A DNA stretch of 64,000 nucleotides from Mobula hypostoma (Eukaryota), in the NCBI RefSeq assembly GCF_963921235.1, contig NC_086108.1, forward strand, positions 86,430,001-86,494,000, given 5' to 3'. A program made the position numbers and the translations under genes. Within the stretch, counting starts at the first letter, position 1; each line of letters begins with the position of its first letter. Below the pieces are notes generated by a model. The model saw only the letters and a list, made by a program, of their open reading frames with translations. It had not been told where the DNA came from and searched no databases. Positions 10,680 through 24,509 of this stretch are shown in pieces.

Positions 10680-13160
10680 TCTGCCCCCGACCCTCTCAAA
10701 TTTCTGGTATGCTGTTAGTGTCCTCAACCGTGAAGACTGTTGCAAAATACTTGCAGTATTAAGTTCATCTATCATCTCTTTGTCCCCCCCCCCCACCATT
10801 ACTACATCTCCAGCATCATTTTCTAGCAGTTCAATATCCATTCTCACCTCTCTTTTACTCTTTATATACAGTGCTGTGCAAAAGTGTTAGACACATGTAA
10901 AAGATTCTGTAAGGCAATGATGCTTTCAAAAATAATGAAATCAAGTTTTCTAAATATTTAAAAAATTACTATAAAGAGCAGTAAATAGTAGGAAAATAAA
11001 TCAAATCAGTACTTGGTGTGACTGCCCTTTGCATTTAAAACTACATTAATTCTCTTAGGTACACTGTCATGCAATTTCATACAAAAAATCCAATGTTAGG
11101 TTGTTCCAAGCATCTTGGAGAACTTGCCACAGTTCTTCTGCAGACTTTAGCCGTTTCACTTGCTTCTGTCTCTCCAGGTAATCCCAGACACCCTCGATGA
11201 TGTTGAGATCAGGGCTCTGTGGAGGCCGTACAATCTGTTGCAGAACTTCTTGTTCTTCTTTTCACTGAAGATGGTTCTCTCTGACCCTGGCTATGTGTTT
11301 GGGGCCATTGTCCTTCTGCAGAATGAAGTTGTGACCGATCAGGTGTATTGCAGAACAGCTGAGATTCTACTTGTACTTCTCAGTGTTGAGGATGCCAGTA
11401 ATTTTAACCAGATTACGAACTCTATTTGCAAAAATGCAGCCCCAAACCTGTAGGGAACCTCTACCGTGTTTCACTGCTGACCACAGACACTCATCAAAGT
11501 AGTGCTCTCCAGCTCTACTATGAACAAACTGCTTCCTGTTTGAGCAAAAAATTTCAAATTTTAACTTGTTAGTTCAGAGCACTTGTTGCCATTGTTCAGT
11601 ATTCCACTTCTTGAGTTCGTGCTTGTGGGTGAGTCTCATAGCTTCATTTCCACCTCTGAGCAATGGCTATTTGGCAGAAGTTCCATGACGACCACTTCTG
11701 ATAAGAGTTCTTCAAGGCTGGAGAAGAATATACTTGGGTTCCAATGGTTTCTGTGCATTCAGAGCTGATAGCAGTGCTGGACTTCTTCTGACTTACAGGG
11801 GACACACTAATGAAGAAAACAAAAAATAAACATCTAAAATAATTTTTTTATTAAAAATGTAGAATGGCTAAGACTTTTCACAGTACTGCATCTGAAAAAT
11901 AAACTTCTGGTATCCTCTGGTATGTTATTGGCTAGCTTACTTTCATATTTCATCTTTTCCCTCTTTATGGCCTTTTTAGTTGTCTTCTGTTCTTTTTTAA
12001 GAGCTTCCCAATCCTCTAACTTTCCACTAATTTTTGCTGTATTATATGCCCTCTCTTTTGCTTTTGTGCTACCTTTGACTTTCCTTATTAGCCACCACTA
12101 GACTCATACGCCCATTAGAATACTACTTCTTTGGGATATATCTATAATCGCACCTTCCAAACTGCCCCAGAAACTCCAGCTATTCCTTTCTGCCATCATC
12201 CCTGCTAGTGTCCCCTTCCAATCAACTTTGTACAACTTCTCTTTCATGGTTCTATCACTTCCTTTGCTCCAGGAAAACACTGATACATCTGAGTTTATCT
12301 TTTCCCTCTCAAACTGTAGAGTAAATTCTATCATATTATGATCACTGCCTCCTAGAGGCTCCTTTACCTTAAGCTTCCTAATCATATCTGGTTCCATACA
12401 CAATACCCAATCCAGAATAGCTGATCCCCCAGTGGGCTCCACCACAAACTGCTCTAAAAAGCCATTTCATAGGTGTTCAACAATTTCTCTTATGGGTTCC
12501 AGTACCAACCAAATTTTCCCAATCTATCTGGGTATTGAAATCCCCCATGACTCTCGTAACATTGCCCATATTATATGCCTTTTCCATTGCCTGTTGTAAT
12601 TTGCAATATATCCCACATCCTGACTTCTGTTGGGAGGCATGTATTTATCAGAGTCTTTTTACCCTTACAGCTTTTTAACTGTATCCACAAGGATACTACA
12701 CCTTCCAATCCTATGTCACCTCTTCCTGATGAATTGATTTCATTTTTTATCAACAGTGCCACACCACCCCCCTCTGCCTAGCTGCCTGTCCTTTTGATAC
12801 AATATGTATCCTTAGATGTTATGCTGCCAACTGTGATCTTCTTTCAGCCACGACTCAGTGATGCCCATAATATCATACCTGTCTTTCTCTACCTGCACTA
12901 CAAGATCATTGACCTTATTCCATATACTGTGTGCATTCAAATATAACACCTTCAGTCCTGTATTCATCAGCCTTTTAAATTTTGCTCCCGTTACACTTCA
13001 ACTCATCTCACTGACTGCGATTTTGCCTTTCAATCTCCTGTCCTTCCTCACAGTCTCACTGCACAATGCATCGACTTGTATACCAACTGCCTGATCCTCA
13101 GCCCTATCACTCAGGTTCCCATTGCCCTGCCAAATTAGTTTAAACCCTCCCCAACAGCTT
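10680..13160 (-). mobile_element. CR1 LINE fragment (APE and linker) interrupted by a Tc1-like element
   Basis: ILDWVLC..EPLGGSDHNMIEF; CR1 sequence continues across 10869-11888. Confidence 0.85.
10869..11888 (-). mobile_element. Tc1/mariner-superfamily transposon, internally deleted, DD38E spacing (Intruder-like)
   Basis: TIRs CAGTGCTGTGCAAAAGT and (reverse complement) CAGTACTGTGAAAAGT, TA on the left; minus strand LQKDNGPKH..PPQSPDLNIIE, D codon at 11312 and E codon at 11195. Confidence 0.85.
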
Positions 13161-13987
13161 TACCTTGATCTTTACATTATGTACTGTACACAACTTGGTT
13201 AAGTTAACAACTAGTGATTATTGTTCCGAAGAATTCAGTTGGCTGTGAAGTTTTGAGGACAACCCAAAGTTATGAAAGGTACGACAGAAATGCAATATTT
13301 GTGTTCCTTTACGAGACTGTTGTCTCAGTTACTTAGGAATATTTACAGAAGTTATGGTAAAAGGAAATGTGGAAGATAACTTAATTGAGGAAAATTATTT
13401 GGCAAAGATCCAACGTATTGGTCCTCTGTACCGTTTCGTTATTAGTTATGCTCATTGTCTTCATATTCCAATATAAAGAACATATACCTTTACTTTACTT
13501 CATTGTCGCCAAACAATTGATACTAGAGCGTACAATCATCACAGTGATATTTGATTCTGCGCTTCGCGCTCCCTGGGGTACAAATCGATAGTAAATATTA
13601 AAAATTTAAATTATAAATTTGGGACATATCAATCTGAAGTAATAATATATGGCATTAATGATAATTTTAATCAGTGCTAAACTTTCCTCTGTTCAATAAT
13701 TGTAGCAAACTATATGAGTAATAAGATATGTAATGTTGATACAGATTGCTTTAGAGGCCTGTATCCAAGTTTAACTCTATTCTAAGGATATTTATCCCTA
13801 CAGGAAGATTTTCAAATGTAGATAAAGGGGGTTAAAATCCTAATATGGCACATTAAGCCTTTGACGAGATTGTTAATAATTAAACTTGCACATTCAATAC
13901 CTGCAAAATCAAGTCATTTTCACTCCAGGTCGATCTGGTTATAATAAGTTAAAAATGCCTCAAATGCGTGCCTGGTTATTTTTGTAC

Positions 13988-16297
13988 CATAGAACCATAG
14001 AACATTACAGCACAGAAAGAGGCCTTTTGGCCCTTCTTGGCTGTGCTGTACCATTTTTCTGCCTAGTCCCACTGACCTGCACCTGGACCATATCCCTCTA
14101 TACACATCTCATCCATGTACCTATCCAAATTTTTCTTAGATGTTAAAAGTGAGCCTGCATTTACCACTTCATCTGGCAGCTCATTCCAAACTCCCACCAC
14201 TCTCTGTGTTGAGAAGCACCCCCACTAATGTTCCCTTTAAACTTTTCCCCCTTCACCCTTAATCCATGTCCTCTGATTTTTTTCTCCCCTAGCCTCAGTG
14301 GAAAAAGCCTGCTTGCATTCACTCTATCTATACCCATCATAATTTTATATACCTCTATCAAAACTCCCCTCATTCTTCTACGCTCCAGGGAATAAAGTCC
14401 TAACCTATTCAACCTTTCTCTGTAACTCAGTTTCTCAAGTCCCAAAAACATCCTTGTAAACCTTCTCTGCACTCTTTCAACCTTATTAATATCCTTCCCG
14501 TAATTTGGTGACCAAAACTGTACACAATAGTCCAAATTCGGCCTCACCAATGCCTTATACAACCTCACCATAACATTCCAACTCTTATACTCAATACTTT
14601 GATTTATAAAGGCCAATGTACCAAAAGCTCTCTTTATGACCCTATCTACCTGTAACACCACTTTTAGGGAATTTTGTATCTGTATTCCCAGATCTCTCTG
14701 TTCTACTGCACTCCTCAGTGCCCTACCATTTACCTTGTATGTCCTACCTTGGTTTGTCCTTCCAAAGTGCAATACCTCACACTTGTCTGTATTAAACTCC
14801 ATCTACCATTTTCAGCCCATTTTTCCAGCTGGTCCAAATCCCTCTGCAAGCTTTGAAAACCTTCCTCACTGTCCACTACACCTCCAGTCTTTGTATCACC
14901 AGCAAATTTGCTGATCCAATTTACCACATTATCATCCAGATCATTGATACAGATGACAAATAACAATGGATCCAGCACTGATCCTTGTGGTACATCACTA
15001 ATCACAGGCCTCCACTCAGAGAAGCAATCCCCCACTACCACTCCCTGGCTTCTTCCATTGAGCCAATGTCTAATCCAGTTTACTACCTCTCCATGTATAC
15101 CTAGCGACTGAATCTTCCTAATTAACCTCTCACGCGTGACCTTGTCAAAGGCCTTACTGAAGTCCATGTAGACAACATCCACTGCCTTCCCTTCATCCAC
15201 TTTCCTGATAACCTCCTTGAAAAACTCTAATTGGTTGGTTAAACATGACCTACCACACACAAAGCTATGTTGACTCTCCCTAATAAGTCCCTGTCTATCC
15301 AAATACTTGTAGATCTTATCTCTTTGTACTCCTTCCAATAATTTACCTACTACTGACGTCAAACTTACCGGCCTGTAATTTCCCGGATTACTTTTAGAGC
15401 CTTTTTTAAACGATGGAACAACATGAGCTACCCTCCAATCCTCCGGCACCTCACCCGTAGATATCGACATTTTAAATATATCTGCCAGGGCCCCTGCAAT
15501 TTCAACACTAGTCTCTTTCAAGGTCCGAGGGAATACCCTGTCATGTTCTGGGGATTTATCTACTCTGATTTGCCTCAAGATAGCAAGCACCTCCTCCTCC
15601 TCAATCTGTATAGGTTCCATGACCTCACTACTTCTTTGCCTTATTTCTATTGTCTCCATGCCAGTTTCCTTAGTAAATACAGACACAAAAAACCCATTTA
15701 AGACCTTCCCTATTTCTTTTGGTTCCATACATAACCGATCAACTTGATCTTCAAGGGAACCAATTTTATCCCTTACTATCCTTTTGCTCTTAATATACCT
15801 GTAGAAGCTCTTTGGATTATCCTTCACCTTGACTGCCAAAGCAACCTCATGCCTTCTTTTAGCCATCCTGATTTCTTTCTTAAGTATTTTTTGTACTTTT
15901 TATACTCCTCAAGCACCTTATTTGCTCCGTTTCCTATACATGTCATACATCTCTCTCTTCTTCTTTATCAGAGTTCCAATACTCCTTGAGAACCAAGGTT
16001 CTTTATTCTTATGCATTTTGCCTTTAATCCTGACAGGAACATACAAACTCTGCACTCTCAAAATTTCTCCTTTGAAGGCCTCCCACTTACCAATCACATC
16101 CTTGCCAGAGAACAACCTGTCCCAATCCACGCTTTTTAGATCCTTTCTCATTTCTTCAAATTTGGCCTTTTTCCAGTTTAGAACCTCAACCTGAGGACCA
16201 GATCTATCTTTATCCATGATCAAGTTGAGAATAATGGTGTTATAATCACTGGAACCAAAGTGTTCCCCTACACACACTTCAGTCACCTGTCCTAACA
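13988..16297 (-). mobile_element. CR1 LINE, 5'-truncated ORF2 (frameshifted) with 3' tail
   Basis: ORFs 15918-16346, 14730-15866 (VPQGSVLDP, KFAGDTK) and 14161-14802; short CCATAGAA repeat tail at about 13988-14002. Confidence 0.93.
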
Positions 16298-16354
16298 GGT
16301 AATTTGTTTTTCTAATGTTTATAATTTCCAGTGTATTTCTGAACATTTTTTAAG

Positions 16355-16600
16355 AGAATGCAGATGCTGGAATCTGAAGCAAAAATCAAATCCTAAAAAA
16401 AGGTCTCAACCAAAAAAACATTGACTCTCCATTTCCCTGCTGAAGGGTTTCAGCCTGTAACGTCGACTGTACTTTTTTCCATCGATGCTGCCTGGCCTGC
16501 TGAGTTCCTCCAGCGTTTTTTGTGTGTTACTCCTTTCACAGATGCTGCCTGATTTACTGAGATTCTCCAGCAGTTTAGCTTTTTTCTCTCCTTGTAAACC
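16355..16600. mobile_element. Penelope pLTR-derived short fragments with a degenerate hammerhead motif
   Basis: CTGCTGAAGGGTTTCAGCCTGTAACGTCGAC..GATGCTGCCTGGCCTGCTGAGTTCCTCCAGC, similar to 30785-30880. Confidence 0.6.
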
Positions 16601-17279
16601 AATTTTCAACATCTATGCATGTTCTGTCGAGATGTATTAGTTATTAGTAATAGTATAAAATAAGAAGAGACTTTGAGCACAACAGGTAAACTCTGCAGGA
16701 TAATCTTAGAAAAATGCAGGAGATTCACTAAAGTGTCAAACTGCATGGATACATGAAGCTGTGGGGATTATTCTTCCAAGTTTTCCTCTTGCTTGTCGTT
16801 GAATAAAATTGTCAAATTTCAATTTGACAGTGTGGTGTAGTTACACAAGTTCATCATTAATAACCTTTAAAATACCTCAGCCAACTAGCCCTTGCATATA
16901 TACGAATCATAATCACTGAAGCAGTAAACACTGACAAATACTTCAATAGCTGTTTCTAGCATCATTAGGTGTTCTTAAATCACACCATATTTTTGATCAA
17001 AATCAGTAACATAGGAAAACAGGCTTCGTCTGACCTTGTAGTACTGCATTAAGGTTATCGTTATTAAGTTGTGTTCATAATACTGAATATTCTTGCATTT
17101 TCATGTAGTAGTACATTCTTTTGAGTGACAACAACAGAGTTATGACATGTTAATGAAGTGAGATGATAGAATTTCAACCCATATCACTATTTTACATGTT
17201 TTGGTAGTATAAAAGTGATCAATGATAAAATCCCAGTGTCTTAACATGCTGGTTGTTATCCTGGATATATATATTTTGA

Positions 17280-17480
17280 GCAACACACATAAAGTACTGG
17301 AGGAACTCAGCAAGTCAAGCAGCATCTATGAAGTCAGGTGGTATCTATGGAGGGGAACACATGATCGACATTTTAGGCCAAGGTTCTCCATAGGTGCTGC
17401 CTGACTTGTTGAGTAGCTCCAGCATGTTGTATGTGTTGGTCAATATTTCCAGCATCTGCAGGATCTCTTGGTGTTTTGTC
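17280..17480. mobile_element. Penelope pLTR-derived fragments in inverted arrangement
   Basis: CTGGAGGAACTCAGCAAGTCAAGCAGCATC and its inverse TGCTGCCTGACTTGTTGAGTAGCTCCAGCA; CCAGCATCTGCAG end. Confidence 0.55.
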
Positions 17481-19037
17481 CCTTTCTGCACCTTGTGGCA
17501 CGTCGGATGGCAACCGTGCGATTTCTTTAGCATTTAGTCTGTTTTTTTACGAGGCCGTATTGCTAGCTGGATGCTTGCCTAAAAGTCCAGTATGGATGCC
17601 ACTATGTCACCAGCTGGCATAATCTCTAATATAAATGTATATTACATGATATTAACAATCTTGAGCTGTGATGGGATTAAGAGATCACTGGTGTATAAGC
17701 TGCATACAGGAGAGATTGGTCAGGCCAGGTAGAGCAGAGCATGTCTGGTGATTATCATGCTTATATATGGTATTAAGTTGAGGGACATGTTGACAGGGAT
17801 CACTTATACGAAGGGAAGATTGAACATCATTGATAGATAGTTCAAGGAAAACAGGATATCGTGCTGACAGATGCAAGTGGTGAAGGGGAGGGGGCAAAAC
17901 TAAGGAGATACAAAGAATGTGAATTAAGTGATCATTCCAAGCTGAAAGCGTCTGAGACAACATCTTAAGTTGGAGAGAGAGAAAAGAATGTACTGAAGTG
18001 ATTCTTTTCATTAAAAATCCAGCAGCAAGTATTGCAGATATGGGAATGGAGGAGAAATCCCACACATTTTGAAAATACAAAGGAAGCCATTGGTGGCATG
18101 AGAATGAATAAATACCAGGATGCAAGAGAGAAAAGAGCTAGAGCCCAAGGACTGGAAAAGAAGGTGATATGTAGGATAAAGGGAGACAATGATTGGCAAC
18201 AACAAAAAAGTTCAAGGGTCAAGGCAAATTGAAATATTTGGGAAAAAAGGAAAGCTCAAGAGGATAAGGAACAATTACAGGATAAAATCTATCACAAAAC
18301 TTATGAAAAGAAGAGCCTGCAAAAAAAAAGAGACCCTGTGTTTTGTGAATTCTCTTCAGAAGAAGCCTCAGTGAGATCTAGCCTTCAGACCTGAATGATA
18401 TCTTTTAAATTGTCCTTCATGCCTCAGCCTGCTAGACAACAAGATATAAAGTTCAAATAGGATTGAATAAGCATAACAGCTCAATTCTTACAAAATTGTA
18501 TGTATAGACATTCAATCTTGGTGGGAGCCATTAAATGTGCTGTACTGTATATCAGCACATTGTAGCTTTGACTGTGGCTTGTATTGCAAAGACTATGAAT
18601 ACAGAGCCAGATTATAACATGATGATGCTCCTACATAACATATTTTCAGCTAGCAATGGGGATAAATTTCTTGTCAATAGCATTTATTGATTTACAAGCC
18701 TGATTACAATGTACTTCCTAAACAATTCTTAGGACCATTAATTTCACTGAAATTTCCAATAAAGTTCCTTTAGAACGTATTACCAAGTTTTATAGAAATA
18801 ACCTGCAGCCGCTCAAAGAAATTATTCCTCCTAAATAGTTGAAATGAAACACATGTAAATATTACCACACTACATACTATACTGTCAAGTAATTGAGAGT
18901 CATCAATTTAAATGCAGTTTAGTGCAAAGTACTGAATAACTAAGGAGACAGCATTCATTATAATGTGTATTTTGTGCAAGTGTTAATTTTAAATAGCCTT
19001 GTTATGTACTTTGCTAACATATGATCACTGTGTTTAC

Positions 19038-20565
19038 CATAAGACCATAAGACTACAGACATAGGAGTAGAATTAGGCCATTTGGCCTGTCGAGTCTGCT
19101 CTGCCATTCAATCATTGCTGATCCTTTCTTGCCCTCCTCAGCCCCACTGCCCTGTTTTCTCCCCGTAATTGAGATCCTATCAATGTCTGCCTTAAATAGA
19201 TCCAACAACCTGGCCTCCAGAGCTGCCTTTGTTAATAAGTTCCACAAATTCACCACCCTCTGGCTAAAAAAAATTTTTCCGCACCTCTATTTTAAATAGA
19301 CGTCTCTCTATCCTGAGGCTGTGCCCCCTTGTCCTAGACTGCCCCACCATGGGAAACATCCTTTCCATATCTACTCTGCCTATGCCTTTCAACATTCGAA
19401 AGTGTTTGATGAGATCCCTCCTCATCCTTCTAAATTCCAGCGAGTACAGACCCAGAGCAATGAAATGTTCCTCATATGATAATCCTTTCATTCCCACAAC
19501 CATCCTTCTGAACCTCTTCTGAACCGTTTCCAATGCCAACATATCTTTTCTCAGATGAGGAGTCCAGAACTGTTCACAATACTCAAAGTGAGGCCCCTCC
19601 AGTGCCTTATGAAGCCTCAGCATCACATCCCACTCTTTTGCTAACATTGCATTTTCCCTCCTCACCACTGACTCTACCTGCAAGTTAACCTTTAGGGTGT
19701 TCTGCAAAAAGGATTCCCAAGTCACTTTGAATCTCAAATTTTTGGATTTTCTCCCTATTTAGAAAATAGTCTGCACATTTATTTCTTCTACCAAAGTGCA
19801 TGGCCATGCATTTTCCAACATTGTATTTTATTTGCCACTTCCATGCCAATTTTACTAATCTGTCTAAGTCTTTTTGCAACCTACCTGTTTCCTCAACACA
19901 ACTTGCCCCTCCACCAACCTTCATATTATCTGCAATCTTGGCAACAAGGCCATCTATTTCATCATCTAAGTCACTGATATACAGCATAAAAAGAAGCGAT
20001 CCCAACACCGACCCCTGAGGAACACCACTAGTCACTGGCAGCCAACTAGAAAAGGATCCTTTTATTTCCACTTGCTGCCTCTTACCAATCAGCCAATGCT
20101 CTAACCATGCCAGTAACTTTCCTGTAATATCATGGGCTCTTAACTCAGTAAGCAGCCTCATGTATGACACCTTGTCAAAGGCCTTCTAAAAGTCCAAATA
20201 TACAACATCCACTACATCCCCTTTATCTATCATACTTGTAATCTCCTCAAGGAATTCCAACAGGTTCATCAGGCAAGATTTTCCCTTAAGCAAACACACT
20301 CACGTTGTCCTATCTTGTCCTGTGTCACCAGGTAATCCATAATCACATTCTTAGCAATTGACTCCAATATCTTCCCAACCACTAAGGTCAGGCTAACTGG
20401 TCTATAATTTCCTTTCTGCTGACTTCCTCCTTTCTTAAAGAGTGGAGTGACTTTTGCAATTTTCCAGTCCTCTGGCACCGTGCCAGAGTCCAAAGATTTT
20501 TGAAAGATGCCTCCACAATCTCTACCGCTACCTCATTCAGAACCCTAGGGTGTAGTTCATTTGGT
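19038..20565 (-). mobile_element. CR1 LINE 3' part (RT to tail)
   Basis: ORFs 20269-20493, 19685-20170 (GVPQGSVLG) and 19264-19737; (CCATAAGA)n tail. Confidence 0.92.
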
Positions 20566-22051
20566 CCTTACACACAACAGCATACAACTGAGTGATGTAT
20601 TTGTGAAACACAGACTGACCTAATGCCACAGAATAGAATTCTCTATTATGATCTCAGAGAAACAATGCATTAAGCAGATGTTGTGATGGTTTTGGTTTCC
20701 CTGACCACAAAGCCCTAAACTCAATAGATTTTAAGTGCTATTCAGTATCATTATCTACAGGTCCTCTCACAATAGGGAGGTTATATTGTATCCACCTACT
20801 CTTCAAGGAGTAGCTTACTTCCCTGTATAGCCTCTGTGATGAGCTTTAGCTGCCAATACCTACTGCTCGAGGATATACTTCCGGGTAATGAAGTAGTTTA
20901 AACACAGTTTATTTTAATTTTAATGACGCATGTTTAAATTTAGACTAATAGTTTTAAGACACATTTAACACTCACAATTTCTGATTTATAAAAGATTTCT
21001 GAACTACAGAAGATTTACAAACTTCAAAGGATTTCCAAACACAAGTGCAGTACTTCTGAACTAAAAGAATATATCAACAAGTTGCCGACAAACGAGTTGT
21101 CTGCCACATAAACCAAAGGCTGAAGAATGAATTCTAGTTCTTCCATCTGTCACCCTGTCTTTCTGAATAGTCCCTAATATTTTTTAATACTTACGGTGTT
21201 TTTGCTACTAGATGACATCATCTACCTGTGATGTTTTCCAGATACCTTAGCTGGGCCAATGTAATTCACATAGACAGTATAAAAGCTTCTGGGGGCAATA
21301 GTGAAAGTAACTTAGCTTTAGTTGCTTGGTTTACTTTCAGCCAATTAATGTGGCACCATTGTCTTATATTTGGCAAATGCAAACAAGAAGTTTCATGTCC
21401 ACTTCACTCAGCAAACCACATCTCTCAGCAGCAACTCCCCCACTGTTGGGCCAACAGCCTGTGTTTTTGACTTTAAATTGATTTCTGCTCGCAATTTACA
21501 ATAAAAATTGAAGAGTGATTCTTGTTTACAAAAATAAAGCTGAGCAAGGAATATTTCTTGGAAGTTTAACTTTCTCACAATGACTCTGGATCTTTGGAAA
21601 GGTCATACTGCTGTGCTAGGAAGCCTCTCTTGCCCTGGAAATGGAGTATCCATCACAATGTCTATATGTGATATACATGATCCTCTACTTTTTGGCGGAG
21701 AGGCAAGCATTGCCCAACTCTTCTTCTGCCTGTGGTATTTTGACTGCAATATATTTTGCCAGTGTCCCACAGCACCACCTATGTATAATGTTGAGTACAT
21801 CTAGTGCTCTGGGCTCTGTGTCCTAAACTGAACCTAGCCCTATTCAGCACTAGGGTTTTGCTTATTAAGTACACTCATGTCCAATTAACCAGTTTTAAAA
21901 TTCTCATACTTGTTTTCAAATCCCTCCTGAGATCTGACTCACTCTTCCTATTTAGGTCATCTTCATCAGGCACACTGCCTTCTGGCCTGTTGAGCATTAC
22001 GCAAGAAAAAGAAACAGGGCTTGGCCAATCAGCCCCTCACAGCTGCTCCTT

Positions 22052-22250
22052 TAAGTGGCAGAAGACAAAAGGGCCCATACAAAGGAGCGCTGCAGGTCCA
22101 GAAACCCTGAGACCACTCATAAATGTAACCTTTGCAACAAAGACTGCCATTCACGTATTGGTCTCAACAGCCACAAACGACTCTGCACCAAAAACATTGA
22201 TAGCTGGGACACGCTATCCATGATCAACCTCGACCACTGGAGGGCCAACA
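22052..22250 (+). mobile_element. RTE-type LINE 3' end (C-terminal zinc finger)
   Basis: HKCNLCNKDCHSRIGLNSH; homologous to 31108-31305. Confidence 0.7.
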
Positions 22251-23385
22251 ATTAAGAAAAATATATCAAGGATTTATTTTTAGATATTTCAGATTGTTAA
22301 GCATTTTTTAAAAGTAAAGGACATTCCGCTCACTGACATTCTTGTATGTGCAACTGATGGGGGGCCACCAATGTAAGGACACCACTATGGGGTTATTACT
22401 TTCTTGAAAGAAGCTGTATCTAACATAGTTACCATCCACTGTGCAATTCACAGACAGCATCTTGCTACTAAAAACCCAACAGACTGGCAGCATAAAACAT
22501 TAGATATTGTTATCACAGCGGTAAATAAAATCAAGTCACATGCTCTCAATTCTTGACTATTTTGAGTGCTTTGTATTGAGAATGAAGAACAGTTTGAATG
22601 CTTGATGTTACACACAGAAGTCAGGTGACTCTCAAAAGGAAACTGTCTGAGATGCTTTTATGCACATTTTGAAACTGTGATAAAATTCATTGAAGACTTA
22701 AGTGCCTCATTCAGTAATCTACTAAGAATATTAGACATGACGTTGCTTATTTGTCAGAATTTATTCGCGAAGTTTAATAAAATCAATCTTCAATTGCAAG
22801 GATATGCTATGAATCTATCAAAATCAAATCCAATACTTCCACATTTCTGTCCAAGTAAATCCTGTTTAAGTGTAACATTGGTCATCGTGACCTTTTCCAA
22901 TTTCCAATCCTCTCTCAACTGAAAGAGAAAGAATGAATACCAGATGATGATCTTCAGAGTACGCTTTGCCCATCGAGGTGAGCTGTATAAAGACATGTCA
23001 GAGAGATTTCAGGATCTTCTCTCAATACAAATTCCAAATTGGGTAATAAGTCCGTTCCTGAAAACTTGTGATGAGGAATTAACAGGGAAGATGGAGGAAG
23101 AACTGATCTTGCTACAAAATGACTTTGAGCTGAAGCCAAGGTTAAAATCATATCAAGACTTTTGGTTGCTGGAAAAAAAAACCTATGGATGTTATTCTGC
23201 ACCAAGAAAAGGTCAAGATTGCCTTTCCAACACCATATTTAATAGAGCGTAGCTTCAGGGCAGTTGCCCAACTTCTTTCAAAGCAATGAAACAGACTTTA
23301 AATGTATGAACGTGGGGATCTGAGACTCCGTCTGAGTGACTTTCAGCCTGATGTTGAGTTGCTGATATTATTGCACCAAGCCTAT
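22251..23385 (+). mobile_element. hAT (Buster/Charlie-type) transposase C-terminal half, pseudogenised
   Basis: CATDG, IHCAIHRQHL, LHTEVR*LSKG, NKINLQLQG, RGDLRLRLSDFQPDV; paralogous to 31306-32430. Confidence 0.88.
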
Positions 23386-24127
23386 CCTGTTCTACCTCAA
23401 CACCACTTTTCTGGACTGGCCCCATCTCTGCTGTTACAACCTGAAAATATATCAATTCCACACCTGAACACACTCAATGAATGAATCTCTGCAGTCCTAT
23501 GGACAGGGAATTACAAACATCCATTAACCTCAGTTGAGGAAATTGTTTCCTACTTCAGCCCTGTTTGCTCACCCCTTACTTTGAGATTGTTGCCTCTAGT
23601 TCTAGATACACCAGTCAGCTATACCATCATTCCCGCACTGTCAAGTCTAGTTAGAATGTCATACATTTCAATGAGAAGTTCTCTCACTGTTTTTAAATTT
23701 GGGATAGTGTACAGTGTCACTAGACAAGATTTGCTATCCAAAGGTTCAATCTGATGAATGTTCATTGTGAATCTCTCAATCACGAATATATCCTCCTCTA
23801 CTTACAGAGACCAAAGGTCTACATAATCTATCTTGTCTCTTGGCATGACACTTCTTTGAAGAAATTCCTGACGGATTATGACTGTCCATAGCATAGAAAA
23901 TATTAAGTGTGACAGATGTTTTATAATGCTATTGACACACACATGTTGTGGAATTGAGAGAATATAATCAATAGAAGCTCTGTTAAATTTTAGAATATTG
24001 TTATATTAGGTGTGAACATGTTAGTATATATTGTGCAAATGAATGACAATTTAGTTCATTTTGGAGTTCGCCCTTTGTGTTTGTTGATTTAAGTCAACAT
24101 ATTTTACATAATCCAGACTAGTAACCT

Positions 24128-24430
24128 GGTCAGGCAGCATAACATTTAGGTGCAAAGCTTCACAGCGCTGGCAAATAGAGTTCAATTCCCACTGCTGTCT
24201 GTAAAGAGTTTGTTCATTTTCCACATACAAACCCAATGGGATTCCTCCACTGCTCCAGCTTCCTGCCACATCTCAAAGATGCACAGGTCAGAATTAACAC
24301 TTTGAGAGCATACTCGCAGGCATACGACACTTGTGACCTATCCCTACCCTCAGACTGTCTTAGTCCTTGGTGCAAATGATGCATTTCACTGTATATTTTG
24401 ATGTACGTGTGACGAAGCTAATCTTAATGC
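24128..24430 (+). mobile_element. V-SINE-like relic
   Basis: B-box-like GAGTTCAATTCCC, then GGGATTCCTCCACTGCTCCAGCTTCCTGCCACATCTCAAAGA resembling the V-SINE core. Confidence 0.55.
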
Positions 24431-24509
24431 AGTCCGACAGTGAGAATGTGCCACAGTTCTGTAGGAGTTATTTTCCAATGAGATCTTAAACTTTTGTATA
24501 TTGACCTAG

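Noticed and set aside
17685..18374. 146-aa minus ORF and neighbours as a host gene
   Set aside because: Purine-skewed sequence, no recognisable domain or convincing splice sites
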